From Cyanophora paradoxa CCMP329 (taxonomy: Eukaryota; Plantae; Glaucophyta): a stretch of 64,000 bases of DNA. The stretch spans positions 15,385 through 79,384 of the forward strand of contig QPMI01000668.1 of the NCBI GenBank assembly GCA_004431415.1, written 5' to 3'. The number at the start of each line of letters is the position of its first letter. The stretch's first letter is position 1. The notes beneath the pieces were generated by a model. It did no database searches and was not told the origin of the DNA. It saw only the letters and a program-made list of their open reading frames with translations. Both the position numbers and the translations under genes were made by a program. Shown here in pieces: positions 61,693 through 64,000 of the stretch.

Positions 61693-62030
61693 GGGGCGGG
61701 CGGCCCGCGGGGAGGCCCCGCCCCGGGCCCCGGGCCCCATCGAGAAGCTCGAGCGCTTCATCGGTCTGCGCAGCCCCACGCCCTAGGCTTGATGCATGAG
61801 CCCCGCCCCGCCCCCTTCTCAGCGGCCACGGGGGCGCCGCGGGCAGGGGTGATCTACCGGCCGAAGACGGAGCGCTGGTCGCACATGTCCGCCGCCCGCA
61901 TCGCCGCCAGGCCCGCGCGCCTCCTCCCGCCCCCGCCGCTCGCTCTCGAGTTAATTTGAGTTGGCGGCAGTTCGACCTCTGCGTCCACATCGACGAGACG
62001 AGCGCCCTGCGGCCCCTCGACCCCCTCTAG
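61693..62030 (+). pseudogene. Duplicated 3' fragment of Ere-family gene (in repeat copy 3)
   Basis: Same as 51381-51721. Confidence 0.8.
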
Positions 62031-62369
62031 ATCTGAGCGGGGGACCCTCGGGGACGGAGGAGTTCGAACCCTCCTCGAACGTAGAGCGGGGCACCGCGAT
62101 TCTGGACACTGAATTCGGAGCGCCCACGTATACATGTACACGCGGCCCGCAATTGCAACGCAGCACTCTCCCTCCTGTAAGTAGGCAGCAAATAGCGCTA
62201 TTCGCATATGAGGAGACTCGATGCAGGCAGCCAGAGGTAGATCAGATAGATCGGCATTCATCGTAGGAAGTAGAGGTAGATTAGTCTCTCGGCATTCATC
62301 GTGTAAATAATCGCACACAGCCTCTCACGCGCGCCTGCAGGTCGGAAGGAGCGGGGGCGGGGGCGGGGC

Positions 62370-64000
62370 CTAGTAGTGGGCGTGGCGGGGGCGAGGGCGG
62401 TCTCGAGGCGGCGTGGAGGGCGGCCTCGCCTCGGAGACGGCGAGGCGGCCGGCGAGGGCCGCACGGGCACGCGAGCGCCCCTCGCGCTCCAGGCCCCGCA
62501 GCGCCCCGCGCACCGGTGCCCGTCCTTCTCCGTCGTCACCAGCAGCGCGCCCCGCGGCGGCGGCCCGCGCGGCGAGGGCCGCCAGCTCGCGGGGCGCGAA
62601 GGGCCGGTGGTCCGGTAGAGGGCCGACCCCACCAGCGCCGCCCCGCACCCTGCCCGCGCCCTCCCATCAGCGGCTGTTTCACGAGGGGCGAGGGTGGGGG
62701 GGGGGGGGGGGGGGGTACCGAGCGGTGGCGAGGAAGGCGGCGGGGCAGCCTACCCCCGCGAAGGCGAAGGCGGGGAGGCCCCGCAGGAGGCCCGCTCCGT
62801 CCGGCCCGGGCCCGGGCCCAGGCCCCGGGGGGGCGGGCAGCGGCGGGAGCGGCGGGCCCGCGAGGTGCCTGAGGCCCTCCGGCTGATCGCGCGTACCCCT
62901 CGGTCGGGGTACCGGCACGGAGGGAGAGAGGGATACGCAGCGCACCTCGAAGCGCGTGCGGACGACGACGGCGCGCGGGTTCCACTCCGCAACCTGTTTC
63001 ATTCGGGGTCTCGAGGGGGTACGGGCGGAGGGAGCTCGAGGTAAAGGGGGAGAAGGGATACAGCAGTTCGATGCGTACCTGTGCTGCGATGCGCTCCACT
63101 TCGGGTAGGGGTACGAGATCCGAGTGGTGCAGGGCCACGACCTGGGTACGTGAACGGTGAGCGGGGCGGCCTGGGTGGAGACGTAGGGGGCCGGGCGCGC
63201 GTGGGCGCGGGCGACGCCGCTCGGGCGGGCTCGCGGAGGGTGCCGCGGGGGATGAGGCGGCCGCCGCGAAGGGTCGAGGCAGGAGAGCATGAGGAGGTCG
63301 AGGTCCCGCTCCAGCTGCCCCGCGCCCCGCTCCCTCAGGCGACCGCGGCGCGGCGCGGTCGGGGCGGGGGGCGGAGCGCGGGCGCGCCCGCCAGTGCTGG
63401 AGGCCGTCGTCGAGGACGGCGGCGCGCGGGGCCGCGGGACGCGCCCGCGCAGCTCGGCAGGCGGCGGCGGCGGCGGCGGCGCGGTCGGCCCCCGGCGCGA
63501 CGAGCGCCGCGGTGCCGGCGAGGCGCGCGCGGTGCTGCGGCACTCGTCCCGCCGTAGTCCTGCGCACCGCGCCGACCGCTCGGCGCCGCCGCCGGCTGTG
63601 CGTCGGGCAGCGCGCCGCGCACCGGAGGAGGACGACGGGCGCGACGCGCGGGCGAGCGCCTGCCGCGCGATGTACTCCGTCATCGGCGTCTTGCCTCCCT
63701 GCAGCCCCGCCCGGAGGTCGCGCGGCCCCGACGCGCGCGGCAGGCCCCGCAACTTCCGACGCACCGCCCAGGTCACGTTGCCGACAGAGATGGTGGGCAC
63801 AGGCAGCCTTGCACGCCGCAGCAGCCGCGCTCGTACGCGCCACGGTGCAGCCGCGCGCCGGCCGCGTACAGCAGCTCGAGCACCTCCATGCCGCCCGCCG
63901 GCCCGGCAGCTCGCGCTCTGCTCGGGATGTTCGCCGGCCGAGCTGCAGAACGAATTAGAGCAGACCTGGGAACGAAGCCGGCTGTACCCTTGCGGGAAGC
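62370..64000 (-). CDS. lpxK: LpxK copy 3 (many apparent frameshifts)
   Basis: Near-identical to copies 1 and 2 with numerous 1-nt deletions. Confidence 0.75.

Larger units (their letters stand above)
61693..64000 (+). repeat. Tandem segmental repeat, copy 3 (partial)
   Basis: Same junction sequence as 51381; runs off the window end. Confidence 0.95.

Noticed and set aside
29349-63958. Hundreds of long Arg/Pro/Gly/Ala-rich ORFs (e.g. 48599-51370, 54065-56026)
   Set aside because: Stop-poor GC-rich DNA read through introns or on the antisense strand; only segments correspond to real exons.
38953-64000. Tandem array as a Helitron rolling-circle product
   Set aside because: No TC/CTRR or hairpin terminus at the junctions; G/C-run microhomology is a simpler explanation.
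54096-64000. Genes in copies 2 and 3 as true pseudogenes
   Set aside because: Frameshifts are nearly all 1-nt homopolymer deletions typical of unpolished long reads; cannot be called without reads.

Overview
Eukaryotic, intron-rich DNA in two compositional blocks. (1) About 1-28.5 kb is one giant, lower-GC Helitron-type rolling-circle element whose left end lies outside the window. Its + strand multi-exon gene carries two Ulp1/SENP (C48) protease domains, a USP-fold USPL1-like protease domain, a C2H2 finger, an HUH Rep domain (with an in-frame TGA) and a PIF1 helicase. After it come an RPA70-like OB-fold gene interrupted by a nested 1.9-kb CACAG...CTGTG TIR element (3-bp TSD), a Pol-beta-fold nucleotidyltransferase gene, five paralogous stand-alone SP-RING/MIZ (SUMO E3-like) genes and two paralogous Cys-rich orphan genes, mostly arranged as convergent pairs. 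Putative SUMO 'erasers' and amplified SUMO 'writer-like' genes in one transposon are the best candidate for an undescribed system. (2) About 28.7-64 kb is very GC-rich host DNA with short introns, many of them GC-AG. It holds a RING-pseudokinase, an F-box gene, an erythromycin-esterase-family gene and a head-to-tail ~10.4-kb tandem amplification (esterase 3' end, lpxK, TPR gene, 5'-truncated RIF1) in 2 full copies and 1 partial copy. Only copy 1 carries a 2-kb poly(A)-tailed retro-insertion with a 15-bp TSD. The host may be a glaucophyte-like alga (weak inference). All homology calls rest on motif recognition by eye; no searches were run, and exon boundaries are manual.
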